DNA of 64,000 nucleotides from an uncultured Bdellovibrio sp. Lineage in GTDB: Bacteria; Bdellovibrionota; Bdellovibrionia; Bdellovibrionales; Bdellovibrionaceae. Positions 20,658-30,766 of this stretch are shown one piece after another. The notes under the pieces were generated by a model. It saw only the letters and a program-made list of their open reading frames with translations, was not told where the DNA came from and made no database searches. The translations under genes and the position numbers were made by a program. Position 1 is the stretch's first letter. Every line of letters starts with the position of its first letter. The stretch covers positions 96,001-160,000 of the forward strand of contig CAWVRN010000005.1 in assembly GCA_963932905.1 (NCBI GenBank), given 5' to 3'.

Positions 20658-23000
20658 CTAGTCACCCTTTGCTAGGACCACCCAAGTGATACCATCACCG
20701 CCATTTTCGGGAGTTCCGGCCTTCCATTGTTTGATCAGGACGCTTCTAGACAAATAGGAACGAATTGATTTTTTCAGCACTTCTGTTCCATGACCATGAA
20801 TGACTTTAATTCGATCTTCTTGATTTTGGACAGCGCGATCTAAAATGTCTTCCAGTTCGCCGATTGCTTCTTCGGCAGTTTTGCCGCGTAGATCAACAGT
20901 GCGATCTTCATCAACTAATGATGGGGAGAAATGACTCGATTTACGCACTAGCTGTGCCGTAGGATTGGATTGTTTGTCCGGTGGTTTAAGTTCCGTCCAA
21001 TGCACTTGCAACCGCAGAGAGTTCGAGAAAACTAGAATTTCACCTTTAGAATTCGGTTGACCTTGGATCAAGCCATCTTGTCCTAATGAAGAAATATAAA
21101 CTTTTGAACCGGCAGGGTATTTTTTAATGAATTCTTCTGCGGTTTCAATTTTCTTAATTTCAACGGGCTGAGCTTTTACGATTTCGGGCAAATTGAACTT
21201 GATATCTTGAAGTTGACGATGTTTGTCCAGCGCTGTTTGTGCCTTGGCCGTTTGGATGGCTTCGTCCACTTTCTTTTTAGCCTGCTTAACTTCACGTTCT
21301 AAAAGTTGAGCTTTTTCATCGTTGAAAGTTTTGATCATTTTTTCGTACTTGTTTTTCTGAGTGTTTTGATCATGAATTTCTTTTTTCAGTTTTTGCTGAA
21401 GGCCTTGAATTTCGCGTTTTAATTCTTCGATATTTTCGCGCGCATCGATACGAGCTCGGGTCTCTGGAGACAGTAAATCAATTGCGCGTGTAATGATTTC
21501 CGTGGCAACCCCTTGGCGTTTGGCCATTTGAATAGCGAAGGACTGACCAGGAATCCCCGGAAGAAATTGATATGTTGGTTTTCCTGAGGTCTGATCGTAT
21601 TCCAAGCTTCCGTTCATAACTCGATCTTGTTCGTTCCAACCAATTTTTAACTGACTTAAATGGGATGTGATGACAGCGAAAACTTGGTTCCTGCTATAGG
21701 TTTCTATAAAGCTGCGCCCCAGACAAGCGCCTTCCTCTGGGTCCGTAGACCCACAGATTTCATCGATCAAGATCAACGATTCGTGAGATTTCTTTTTTGC
21801 AGACTCTTGCAAAATTCGTAAATGGGCTGCAAATGTAGATAGTTCTTGATCGACGCTTTGAGAATCACCAATGCTGATTATAATTTCTTTAAAGAATGGG
21901 ATCTTGGACTGGGATTGGGCGCAGATAGGCATTCCACAACGGGCCATCTGTGCGGCTAAACCGATCGATTTTAAAAGAACCGTTTTACCACCGGCATTGG
22001 GACCTGATAATAAAAGAATCGATTTGTTTGAATTGAGTTGAACTGAGTTTGAGATCACACCTTTCTGAGCCAATATTAATGCCGGGTGTTTAAGATCAAT
22101 TAGATCAATTTCATTGTCTGTGAATTCTGGAACTTTGGCTTCTAATGCTACGGCTAGCTGAGCCTGGGCTAAACGTAAATCCGTTTTTTCTAAAATTTGA
22201 AATGAACGCTCAAAGTCATTGATTTGGTGAAATAAATATTTTGATATTTCTTCCAATAGACGTTCGATCTCGTCTTCGATTTCGACATCAATTTGGCGAA
22301 GACGGTTGTTTAATGGAATAACTTTTTCAGGTTCGATATAGACGGTTTGTTTCGTTTGTGATGAAGCATGAATTACGCCGGGAACATAGTGCTGCATTCC
22401 TGATTTAACAGGGATCACAAGGCGTCCTTCCCGCAAGGTTACATATTTTTCTTGCAAGTAAGATTCCATTTGGAAATCTTTAACTAAACGATCCAGCTGG
22501 TGTTCTAGTTCATTTCGAAGTTTGTTTTTTTCGTTGTATAATCGAAATAGTGTTTCACTGGCATCCGTTCTGATTTCACCTGTCGGGCTCATCAATTGAT
22601 CAATGGCTGACAGAGGCTCGTCTGCCTTCATAAGTTCATGACGAACGTAATGACACCAAGGTGTCGTGTATTCCGTCAGCGCTTCCTTCAGCGCCAGAAT
22701 TTCCATACAGAACGTGCGTACATCGCGTAGTTCGATGGTTTTCAGTACCGCTTTTTTTCTTAGGCGAATAATCCAGTTTGAATAATGATCGAGCGATTCC
22801 ATGAATGGACGTACGCCACCGGCAACAACTTGAGTTGCTTCGGCAATTTCATCAAAAGAACGAATGGCTTCATCGCGTTCTTTTTTAGGAACCATATTTT
22901 TAGGAATCTGACTCTTAACAAACGAACTGGTACAAAAACCTTCAATCTTTTGTAGTAACAAATCCCAATCAAGATTTTCTAAATTTGTCATAGACTCCAT
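20658..23000 (-). CDS. mutS2: MutS2 family ATPase/endonuclease with Smr domain
   Basis: SGPNAGGKT, LSTFAAH, LIDEICGSTDPEEG, C-terminal VDLRG...IHGHGT. Confidence 0.95.
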   Translation of the reverse strand: MESMTNLENLDWDLLLQKIEGFCTSSFVKSQIPKNMVPKKERDEAIRSFDEIAEATQVVAGGVRPFMESLDHYSNWIIRLRKKAVLKTIELRDVRTFCMEILALKEALTEYTTPWCHYVRHELMKADEPLSAIDQLMSPTGEIRTDASETLFRLYNEKNKLRNELEHQLDRLVKDFQMESYLQEKYVTLREGRLVIPVKSGMQHYVPGVIHASSQTKQTVYIEPEKVIPLNNRLRQIDVEIEDEIERLLEEISKYLFHQINDFERSFQILEKTDLRLAQAQLAVALEAKVPEFTDNEIDLIDLKHPALILAQKGVISNSVQLNSNKSILLLSGPNAGGKTVLLKSIGLAAQMARCGMPICAQSQSKIPFFKEIIISIGDSQSVDQELSTFAAHLRILQESAKKKSHESLILIDEICGSTDPEEGACLGRSFIETYSRNQVFAVITSHLSQLKIGWNEQDRVMNGSLEYDQTSGKPTYQFLPGIPGQSFAIQMAKRQGVATEIITRAIDLLSPETRARIDARENIEELKREIQGLQQKLKKEIHDQNTQKNKYEKMIKTFNDEKAQLLEREVKQAKKKVDEAIQTAKAQTALDKHRQLQDIKFNLPEIVKAQPVEIKKIETAEEFIKKYPAGSKVYISSLGQDGLIQGQPNSKGEILVFSNSLRLQVHWTELKPPDKQSNPTAQLVRKSSHFSPSLVDEDRTVDLRGKTAEEAIGELEDILDRAVQNQEDRIKVIHGHGTEVLKKSIRSYLSRSVLIKQWKAGTPENGGDGITWVVLAKGD

Positions 23001-24582
23001 TTATCAACAAATGTCCCAAGAAAGCAATCAAGATGACAATCCACATAGAGTGGCCAATGCGTGTGAAGAAAGTCGTTTCAGGATTATTTCGATAGGGTAC
23101 TACTTGTCGTTTGGTCCATTCGGTTTGCCAAGGTGATCCCAGCGCAACATCTCCGTAGGCGGTCACGAAAGTCGTAATGCCAGTGTTGGTAGAGCGAATG
23201 AGCGGGCGACGTGACTCGATACTTCGAGCCAATGTCATGTAAGAGTGTTGAAACGGTTCGAATGGAATTCCAAACCAAGAATCATTGGTGACATTCACGA
23301 TAATTTCGGCCCCTTTATTGGCTAAACCCACTGAAAATTCCGGGAATAGGCCTTCATAACAGATTTGTGCACCAATATGGACGTAATCGCTCTTTGTCTG
23401 GTCTTTTGGATACATTAAAATCGTAGGGCCAGGGCCGCGTCCAAAATTGGAAACGAACGGCAGAATTTTTCCTAAAATAGGGAACTGTTCGCTAAATGGT
23501 AAATATTCTCCAAATGCAAGTAATTGGGTCTTGTGGTAAGCCCGCGTGAATTCATGTCCTCTAGAGTCCATCAAAAAGAGCGCATTAAAAACAGATCGTT
23601 CAGGATCGGTGATCGTCGTATCTTTTGAAAAAGCCCCGGTTAAGAGTGCTTTTTGATTTTTAGCTAAAAATTCTGAAATCAGTTTATGATTTTTTTGATG
23701 AGTAAACGCTGAATTTAAATACTCGGGGATCGCAACTTCCGGCCAAATAATTATGTCTACGTCGGAATTTTCAGCTAATGCTGCTTCACTCATTTGTATG
23801 TATTTTTTTGCAATTTCGTCACGAAAACCTTTGCCCTTTTCCGCAAACATTCGTTCTAAATTACCAATATTGGCTTGAATTTGAAGAATTTTAAGTTCGC
23901 TGTCTGTGCTTCGCCATTTTTGTGCATGGATATAACCAGCCACATTTAGAACGACAAACACGGCTAAAGCAATCAGTACAGGTTTAACAATCTGCTTTGT
24001 CGAAAATTTTTCAGACGAGGTACGAAATGCAAAATAGAAAATGGCTGCTTGGGCTACGTAGATCAAGAATGACAATCCATCAAAGCCGATAACGTCAGCA
24101 AATTGATACACGGGAAGTTTGGACCAGAAAATGGTGTAACCTAAGTGCCAGGGAAATATGCCCGGCCAAAGAGTTTCACATAAAAATGCAAGCGCCGCAA
24201 GGGACACAATGCTGTGGCCAAAGCTCAAGCGGAACTGTCTTCGAATCAAGAAAATAAAATAGGTCGATATGGCGATGTAGATATGGGCCAGAGCGCAGAA
24301 CAGCAGCAATACTACGATCGCTACGGGCCATGGAAATCCTCCGAACGCCTTGGCTGTGTAGGCGATCCAGTGAAAACCAATCAGCGTTAATGTGAATTGA
24401 GTCACCCAACCCGCAATAAATGCCTCGCGTGGTGTTTTCGCTTGAAAAAATACCCAGTACCACAGCGGAAGATAGCTGAAAAACAGTCCCCAGGGATAAA
24501 AAGGGATGTAACTTGTGCCGATGATCAAACCACTTAAAATACCTAGACGATATTTCTTGAAAAACCCATAAATCTTGTTCAT
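22969..24582 (-). CDS. lnt: Apolipoprotein N-acyltransferase
   Basis: Multi-TM N-terminus; WPE, K..L.AFGEY, QICYE, TNDSWF, RSTNTG; start probably ATG 24582 (ORF track 24636). Confidence 0.95.
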   Translation of the reverse strand: MNKIYGFFKKYRLGILSGLIIGTSYIPFYPWGLFFSYLPLWYWVFFQAKTPREAFIAGWVTQFTLTLIGFHWIAYTAKAFGGFPWPVAIVVLLLFCALAHIYIAISTYFIFLIRRQFRLSFGHSIVSLAALAFLCETLWPGIFPWHLGYTIFWSKLPVYQFADVIGFDGLSFLIYVAQAAIFYFAFRTSSEKFSTKQIVKPVLIALAVFVVLNVAGYIHAQKWRSTDSELKILQIQANIGNLERMFAEKGKGFRDEIAKKYIQMSEAALAENSDVDIIIWPEVAIPEYLNSAFTHQKNHKLISEFLAKNQKALLTGAFSKDTTITDPERSVFNALFLMDSRGHEFTRAYHKTQLLAFGEYLPFSEQFPILGKILPFVSNFGRGPGPTILMYPKDQTKSDYVHIGAQICYEGLFPEFSVGLANKGAEIIVNVTNDSWFGIPFEPFQHSYMTLARSIESRRPLIRSTNTGITTFVTAYGDVALGSPWQTEWTKRQVVPYRNNPETTFFTRIGHSMWIVILIAFLGHLLINGVYDKFRKS

Positions 24583-24604
24583 GATTATTATATTGAATGG
24601 ATAT

Positions 24605-25426
24605 ATGGATAAAATAACAACTGAAAAATTAAACACTCCGGAAGATTATTTAACGATTCGCTGCCCACAGTGTTTAAAACTTTTTATGGTTCAAGAAGTA
24701 CAAATCAAGACCGTTTATCCTGAATTCACTTGCACAGGTTGTAAATGCCATTTTGCATTTGAATATCCGGTACCAAATCGTGACTCAATCATAACATTTC
24801 AAGTAGCTCCGACTCAGTTTGAATTCAAAAAGAAATGCCCTAAGTGTGAACATCTGCAAAACGAGAAAAATGAAATTTGCAGTGCGTGTGGAGTAGTTAT
24901 TGAAAACTTCCTATTGATGAAAAATGAAACCTACCCACGAGTCAGCGTTGATTTGATCAAGTTATGGAATGACGTACTTCAGGAATTTGAAAATGGATAT
25001 AATCACGAATTGTTTATAAACCAATGTCGATCAAAACAAAAATTAGATTACGCTGAATTTAAATATAAAGAGCTGGGACGACGTGCTGGCGATGAAACGA
25101 TGGTTACGCCGTGGTTAGAAAAGATCAATCCGCCAAAGTACGATGTGAATTACAAAGAAAAGGTGATTGAAGAGCAAATCAACAACGCTACTACGGTTTC
25201 AGACAAACCAATGCCTCGAATTTTAGGCTATTTGGTGTCAGCGTATTCTTATTTAGTTAAACACAATTATTTCTATCTGATTGGAACTCTGGCGGGAGTT
25301 TTATTAATTGTGATGGGTATTTCGACACCGGGAAAGCGAAATCAAATCGGCTTAGGAATCGCTTTACTACTAAGTTCAATTGGTTTCTATGTTTTTAGAA
25401 ACAATCCTCAACAAAAGAAAAAATAA
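24605..25426 (+). CDS. Double zinc-ribbon protein with two C-terminal TM helices
   Basis: CPQC...CTGC and CPKC...CSAC; hydrophobic C-terminus; start probably ATG 24605. Confidence 0.75.
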   Translation: MDKITTEKLNTPEDYLTIRCPQCLKLFMVQEVQIKTVYPEFTCTGCKCHFAFEYPVPNRDSIITFQVAPTQFEFKKKCPKCEHLQNEKNEICSACGVVIENFLLMKNETYPRVSVDLIKLWNDVLQEFENGYNHELFINQCRSKQKLDYAEFKYKELGRRAGDETMVTPWLEKINPPKYDVNYKEKVIEEQINNATTVSDKPMPRILGYLVSAYSYLVKHNYFYLIGTLAGVLLIVMGISTPGKRNQIGLGIALLLSSIGFYVFRNNPQQKKK

Positions 25427-25431
25427 TAGTA

Positions 25432-26799
25432 CTACTGGATCTGATTGTCTTTCTTGTCACCCAAACGCTTTGTTGGGGTATTGGATTTTTGTACAGCTTC
25501 CATCAAGCTTTTGCCAAATGGATTTTGTGTAAGTTCTCTGTTCCCTTTGGTCGTTGTGCTGAATTCATCATGCACAGGACCGCTGACCATCACGCCATTG
25601 GCAGACATTCCTTGATCTAAAATTGTTAGTGCTTTGAATAGATTCAAAGATCTTGATGTGCGAGTCTTTAATGCTAACGTTGGCGAAGCATCACCCGTTG
25701 ATAGAATATATTTTTTAATATCATCAAATTTGAAGTCAGGTTTGTTCGCTTTCACCAGAACTGCAGCCCCCGTTACAAACGCAGTGGCTTGAGATGTCCC
25801 CGTCATAAAACCGTAAGAATTTCCCGGCAGAGTCGAAATAATATTCTGTCCGGGTGCCGCGATATCAACTGTTTCCGTTCCGAAGTTACTTGTTGAAAGC
25901 ACGTCTTTGCTGGGGTCCATGGCGGTAACGCTAATGATATTAGTTAATTTATAGTCAGCGGGGTAGTAGTGGAATTGATCAGAGTTTGACCGTTCGTTAC
26001 CAGCGGCGGCTACGAACAAGATACCATTTTTTTCAGCTTTTTTAACGGCCTCAAATTCTTCTTGAGAATAGTCAGTTCCACCACCAGAATAATTGATAAT
26101 TTGGGCACCCATTTTGATGGCGTAATTAATACTGTTGATTGTATTTTTTAAATTGTCTGTGTTCGTTACTTTTGGATCATAATACTTGATGATCATCAAG
26201 CTGACCTCAGGAGAAATTCCGCTAATACCTTTTTGATTACCGGCTTCAGCTCCGATTATACCTGCTATATGAGTACCGTGACCGTGATTGTCTGTTAGGT
26301 CGTTTGATGAAGCGACAAAGTTCCAACCGTAAACGTCATCTACATACCCATTTTTATCGTCATCAATACCATTTTTGGCCTTGTCTTTTCCGTTTTTATC
26401 TAGACCTGTTTCACCTGGGTTTTTCCAAAGGTTTGACTTAATGTCTTCGTGGTTGATGTCAATGCCAGTATCAATAACTGCGACAACAACATTTTTGCTA
26501 CCATGAGTTACTTTCCATGCGCGGGCTGCGTCTGATTTTTTCAAACCCCAGGCTTGTTTAATGGCAGGGTCATTAAATAAGGCACTCGGCTCATTTTCAA
26601 CTTTATCTTGTTTAGAAATAACTTCCGATTTTTCAAATTCACGTAGCCCCGATTTGCCTTTTTTCTTGGCTGCATCTGTGGATCGGCTAGCTAGACTTGA
26701 GAAATCGGCTTTGTCCTCGAGATTAAAAAATAAGGCGAGCGACACCAGCGAGAACAAGAAAAATAGTCCTAAAATAATTGTGGCTTTCAATGATTGCAT
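25432..26799 (-). CDS. Subtilisin-like S8 serine protease, secreted or anchored
   Basis: VIDTG, HGTHIAG, AAAGN, GTSQA catalytic motifs; N-terminal hydrophobic segment. Confidence 0.95.
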   Translation of the reverse strand: MQSLKATIILGLFFLFSLVSLALFFNLEDKADFSSLASRSTDAAKKKGKSGLREFEKSEVISKQDKVENEPSALFNDPAIKQAWGLKKSDAARAWKVTHGSKNVVVAVIDTGIDINHEDIKSNLWKNPGETGLDKNGKDKAKNGIDDDKNGYVDDVYGWNFVASSNDLTDNHGHGTHIAGIIGAEAGNQKGISGISPEVSLMIIKYYDPKVTNTDNLKNTINSINYAIKMGAQIINYSGGGTDYSQEEFEAVKKAEKNGILFVAAAGNERSNSDQFHYYPADYKLTNIISVTAMDPSKDVLSTSNFGTETVDIAAPGQNIISTLPGNSYGFMTGTSQATAFVTGAAVLVKANKPDFKFDDIKKYILSTGDASPTLALKTRTSRSLNLFKALTILDQGMSANGVMVSGPVHDEFSTTTKGNRELTQNPFGKSLMEAVQKSNTPTKRLGDKKDNQIQ

Positions 26800-26833
26800 C
26801 TACAACTTTCCTTTTCTGCCTCTTATGATTAGT

Positions 26834-26860
26834 TTATCGGGAAGTTGTTGCTAAAAATAA
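26834..26860 (-). promoter_or_regulatory. Putative sigma28 (FliA)-type promoter of the S8 protease
   Basis: Minus strand TTATTTTT-N11-CCCGATAA. Confidence 0.5.
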
Positions 26861-26905
26861 TGGGATCTTGAAAATAAATCGAAAGTGTATCAGTATGAGA
26901 AAACT

Positions 26906-27940
26906 ATGATGCAATATTTTAAAATTTCGTTTCTATTCACATTTATTGGACTTGTTCTGGCAGCGTGGCTTGGTTTTTCGGCGCATGGCGTGGCAGGTCT
27001 AGTTCAAACTGTCTTTATCGCAGCCGTTTTAGCTGTACTTGAAATTTCACTCTCGTTTGACAATGCGATAGTGAATGCCGTTATTTTGAAAAAAATGACG
27101 CCATTGTGGCGTCACCGATTTCTAACCTGGGGTATTGCTATTGCAGTGTTTGGCATGCGGTTAGTTTTCCCAGTGGCCTTGGTCAGTATCGTAGCGCAAA
27201 TTAATCCGCTGGCGGCATTGAACATGGCGATTTTTGATCCTAATGCCTATGCTGAACGAATGTTATCGGCCCATCTTGAAGTGGCGGCGTTTGGCGGCAG
27301 TTTCTTGTTGTTGGTTGGATTGAAGTTTTTCTACGACGAAGAAAAAGATGAGCATTGGATTAGTTTTATTGAGAAACCTTTAGCCAAGTTGGGTCGCTTG
27401 CGTGCCATTGAGATTGCAATTTCTTTGGTGGTTCTTGCTGTCATCACGACATTTTTACCCGACGAAGAAAAAATTCGATTCTTAAAATCAGGTGTGTGGG
27501 GTGTGATAACTTACGTTGCCGTTGATGGTATTGGTGCCTGGTTAGAATTTTCGGGCGAACAGCAAAATGATATCAATCGCGCCAGTGCCGGGATGTTTTT
27601 GTACCTGGAAGTTCTTGATGCTTCATTCAGTTTTGACGGTGTTATTGGCGCATTTGCAATCACTCAGAACTTGTTTATCATCATGATTGGTCTAAGTATC
27701 GGAGCTTTCTTCGTTCGTAGTTTAACAATCATGTTTGTTGAGAAGGAAACATTAGCCAAATTTGCTTACCTAGAACACGGTGCTTTTTATGCAATTCTGT
27801 CACTCGCGATCATGATGCTACTGGATCCATTTGTTCATATTCCCGAATGGATTACGGGTTTACTTGGCGCTGCCATCATCACAGTTTCCTTTATTTGGAG
27901 TGTGAAGTTTGCTCCACTTTCAGAGTCAGATAAGTCGTAA
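26906..27940 (+). CDS. DUF475 (TerC-like) integral membrane protein
   Basis: LEISLSFDNAIVNA, YLEVLDASFSFDGVIGAFA, YLEHGAFYAI. Confidence 0.9.
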   Translation: MMQYFKISFLFTFIGLVLAAWLGFSAHGVAGLVQTVFIAAVLAVLEISLSFDNAIVNAVILKKMTPLWRHRFLTWGIAIAVFGMRLVFPVALVSIVAQINPLAALNMAIFDPNAYAERMLSAHLEVAAFGGSFLLLVGLKFFYDEEKDEHWISFIEKPLAKLGRLRAIEIAISLVVLAVITTFLPDEEKIRFLKSGVWGVITYVAVDGIGAWLEFSGEQQNDINRASAGMFLYLEVLDASFSFDGVIGAFAITQNLFIIMIGLSIGAFFVRSLTIMFVEKETLAKFAYLEHGAFYAILSLAIMMLLDPFVHIPEWITGLLGAAIITVSFIWSVKFAPLSESDKS

Positions 27941-28787
27941 TTAAAATGATAGCGGCTCCCATCAATTGCAGCGGAGCCAATGTTTCATTCAGAAATATAT
28001 AACCAAACAAAAAAGCAAATGGCGATTCAAGTAGGAAAAACTGACTAGCTGTTTCTGAACTGATGGTTTTTTGCGCTCGCACCTGAATTGTGAAAGCAAC
28101 AATACTAGATCCAATTGCCAGCTGAAAAATACCATACCATGAGATCAAAGATCCCGAATTCCAAGCCAGTTTATCTTGAGTTAGATAAAGTGGCAAAATA
28201 CAGATCAGAGTCCAAAAGTTTTGAAAACTGTTAAATCGAAACGACGATTTCGATCGTGGAGCTAAGATACCCACAGCAATGATTTGTAAAGCAGCGATGA
28301 CTGACGAACCCAGTGTCCACCAATCACCCGTGATGATATCTGGACTTTCAGAGAAAATATTGAGCAAAAACATAGTCCCGATAAGGGCAATAAACGCGAG
28401 ACCATAAAATTTAATATCGACTTTGGCTCGAAAAAAAAACTGATTCAAAAACGGCAAGATTAGAACGTAGAGAGTTGTAATAAAGGCGCTTTTTGTTGCT
28501 GTGGTTGTTTGCAACCCGATCGTTTGCGGAATCATTAATAGTGCCAGCAAAATCCCCGGCCACAAGGCTAGGCTCCACTCGCTGAAGGATTCAAAAAATA
28601 GCTTTCGATCAAAGACAAGTAAACAAATTTCACCGATTAGAAATGCGAGCAAGTAACGATAAAAAAGAACATCGGCCACAGAGAAATCTATCAAAGCCCA
28701 TTTTGTTGCAAGAAAGCCGAATCCCCACAATGCCCCTGCGAAAAGTAGCTCAAGCGCGGCTCGATTTTTAGAAATTTGTTTGTTCAT
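27891..28787 (-). CDS. DMT/EamA family transporter
   Basis: About 10 TM segments; LWGFGF, GLQTTTATKSAFIT, LESPFA. Confidence 0.88.
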   Translation of the reverse strand: MNKQISKNRAALELLFAGALWGFGFLATKWALIDFSVADVLFYRYLLAFLIGEICLLVFDRKLFFESFSEWSLALWPGILLALLMIPQTIGLQTTTATKSAFITTLYVLILPFLNQFFFRAKVDIKFYGLAFIALIGTMFLLNIFSESPDIITGDWWTLGSSVIAALQIIAVGILAPRSKSSFRFNSFQNFWTLICILPLYLTQDKLAWNSGSLISWYGIFQLAIGSSIVAFTIQVRAQKTISSETASQFFLLESPFAFLFGYIFLNETLAPLQLMGAAIILITTYLTLKVEQTSHSK

Positions 28788-28840
28788 TCGGAGGAATCTA
28801 TATCATAATGCTGAAGGATGTCCATGGAGAAAGGATTGTT

Positions 28841-30751
28841 ATGATTTTCAAGCGTGGGTTTGTTGCCATTTTGTTTACTTCGTCTGTTGTTTTTGCTCAA
28901 ATAGGAGCAAAAACAGAATATACAAAATCGTCATATTTTGAACCAGGTGAGGGAATTGTATTTCCAAATTTAGAATTGGAATACTCTCTGGACCCTAAAA
29001 CCCCGAATCAATTAAAAGTAGGAAATGCTATTTTCAATCAAAGTACCTTTTTGATTGAATTGAAAAGTCTTTATCAGCTAGATCCCGTTTTTAGGTCTCC
29101 TTTAAATCAAAAAAATGAATGGTCTTTGATTCTTCACTGGCCAAAGCACTTGTTTCCTGCTCCCGAGATAGAAATCATCTCGGGTAGTGGTCAATCGGTT
29201 TGGAGAACGGCATTGACTGAATCAGATTTGAAAGCCTGGCGGGACCGCACTGATGGGTGGAAAAAGAAGTTAGGAACTCCAAAAATTAATCCAACAGTTT
29301 TGAATTCCAGTTTTGGTTTAATTGGTGGAAGTGAGGTCAATCGCCTGCGAGATTTGTTAGCTAAATCATTTAAGTTTTGTATTTTTAATAAAACAGGAAA
29401 GGGTGATTCTCGGTATTGCTCCCCGTTGATGGCGATCAGACAAGGTAAGAAATTATATGCATACAACGATTTAAAAAATCGTGTGTTGATCCAAAATGAA
29501 GAAGCGAAATCTGAAGATATTGTAAAAATGGATCCGTCAATTCCCGCTACTTTCTATGCAGAGTTCGCACTTGGTGGGAGTTACGAATTTAAAACAGAGG
29601 TACCGAAACCAGATTTAGTGGACATTGCAGAAATTAATGAAAAAACGTTGAAACTAACTGGCTATGGTAGCAAACCGAATATGCCGGTACGAATTATTTC
29701 AAAAGAGGAAACCTCGAAATTAACTCGTTTTTTCGGTTTCGAAGCAACGATTAAAGACGATCGCGAATTTTGGGAAATTATGATTCCTAAATCTTCACCT
29801 TATTTGTACTTCCCTGGACCTGCCGGAGGTGTTTTTCGCCAAGTTATTGCGGTAGATGAGGTGCCAAAAGCTAAATCACGTATCTGGGTTCACGAAAAAA
29901 CGCCCACATCCATTTATGGAAATGAAATTGCGATCAAGGCTGTAAAACCGCAAGGATCGACCGTAGAATCAGATCAGAATTCTATTGCTCCAGGTGCTAC
30001 ACCAAGAGAATTCATCTGGAATTTTCGCGCTGATAAAAAAGGTGAGTTAAACAAGAGTTACCTAACAGTCACACAAGGTGGAAAGAAATTCACATCGTTT
30101 TACGAAGTCTACCGATCTCAACCAAACGAAATTTCGGGCCGCTTCACGGGTATCTTGTCGAGTTCGGGCCAAGTTATTCTAGGTGAAGTGTCTTATAATC
30201 GCTGGTTTGAATCATTACTGGGAAAAAACTCATTCTCGTTCCAACGATGGGGTTTAAATGTCCGTTATTTTAAATCATTCAACCCATTATATGTATCAGA
30301 CAGCCAAAAAGAAAATCTGACGTCATTTACAGGAGACATCAAATATAGATTCACGCCAGGTGTGTGGACTCGCGACGCTTCCATGGGTGTTATGTTTGGA
30401 TACCAAGACTTAGTCTTTGGTGATTTCAAAGCCACAATGGCCGGAGGTGGTTGGTTCTGGGCCCGCTCGATGCCAAGAGTCTTCGATAGCATATTCAACT
30501 TGATACCATTCATGAGATATCCAAAATGGGTTGATATGGAAGTCATCTATTACTTCTCGTCATTGAACTCGAACATCACACTCGATTCTCCGTTCAGTGT
30601 AAACTTCCATGGGCAAATTCTTTGGAGCAAAAGTTTCTTCGGCGAAGCGGGATTTGGTTTAAAACGTTACGCGTTCGTCGATAAAGACCTAAGTCAAAAA
30701 GCCGAGTTAAATACTTTCTATGGGACGGTTGGCTTAGGCATTAAATTCTAA
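28841..30751 (+). CDS. Secreted protein with probable C-terminal outer-membrane beta-barrel
   Basis: Signal peptide (VFA|Q), amphipathic beta strands, C-terminal GLGIKF (terminal Phe). Confidence 0.7.
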   Translation: MIFKRGFVAILFTSSVVFAQIGAKTEYTKSSYFEPGEGIVFPNLELEYSLDPKTPNQLKVGNAIFNQSTFLIELKSLYQLDPVFRSPLNQKNEWSLILHWPKHLFPAPEIEIISGSGQSVWRTALTESDLKAWRDRTDGWKKKLGTPKINPTVLNSSFGLIGGSEVNRLRDLLAKSFKFCIFNKTGKGDSRYCSPLMAIRQGKKLYAYNDLKNRVLIQNEEAKSEDIVKMDPSIPATFYAEFALGGSYEFKTEVPKPDLVDIAEINEKTLKLTGYGSKPNMPVRIISKEETSKLTRFFGFEATIKDDREFWEIMIPKSSPYLYFPGPAGGVFRQVIAVDEVPKAKSRIWVHEKTPTSIYGNEIAIKAVKPQGSTVESDQNSIAPGATPREFIWNFRADKKGELNKSYLTVTQGGKKFTSFYEVYRSQPNEISGRFTGILSSSGQVILGEVSYNRWFESLLGKNSFSFQRWGLNVRYFKSFNPLYVSDSQKENLTSFTGDIKYRFTPGVWTRDASMGVMFGYQDLVFGDFKATMAGGGWFWARSMPRVFDSIFNLIPFMRYPKWVDMEVIYYFSSLNSNITLDSPFSVNFHGQILWSKSFFGEAGFGLKRYAFVDKDLSQKAELNTFYGTVGLGIKF

Positions 30752-30766
30752 ATAAAAAATCCCAAG

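Noticed and set aside
27891..27940. Convergent 3' overlaps (DUF475/DMT 50 nt; SGNH/dcd 27 nt)
   Set aside because: Common in compact genomes; no evidence of regulatory meaning
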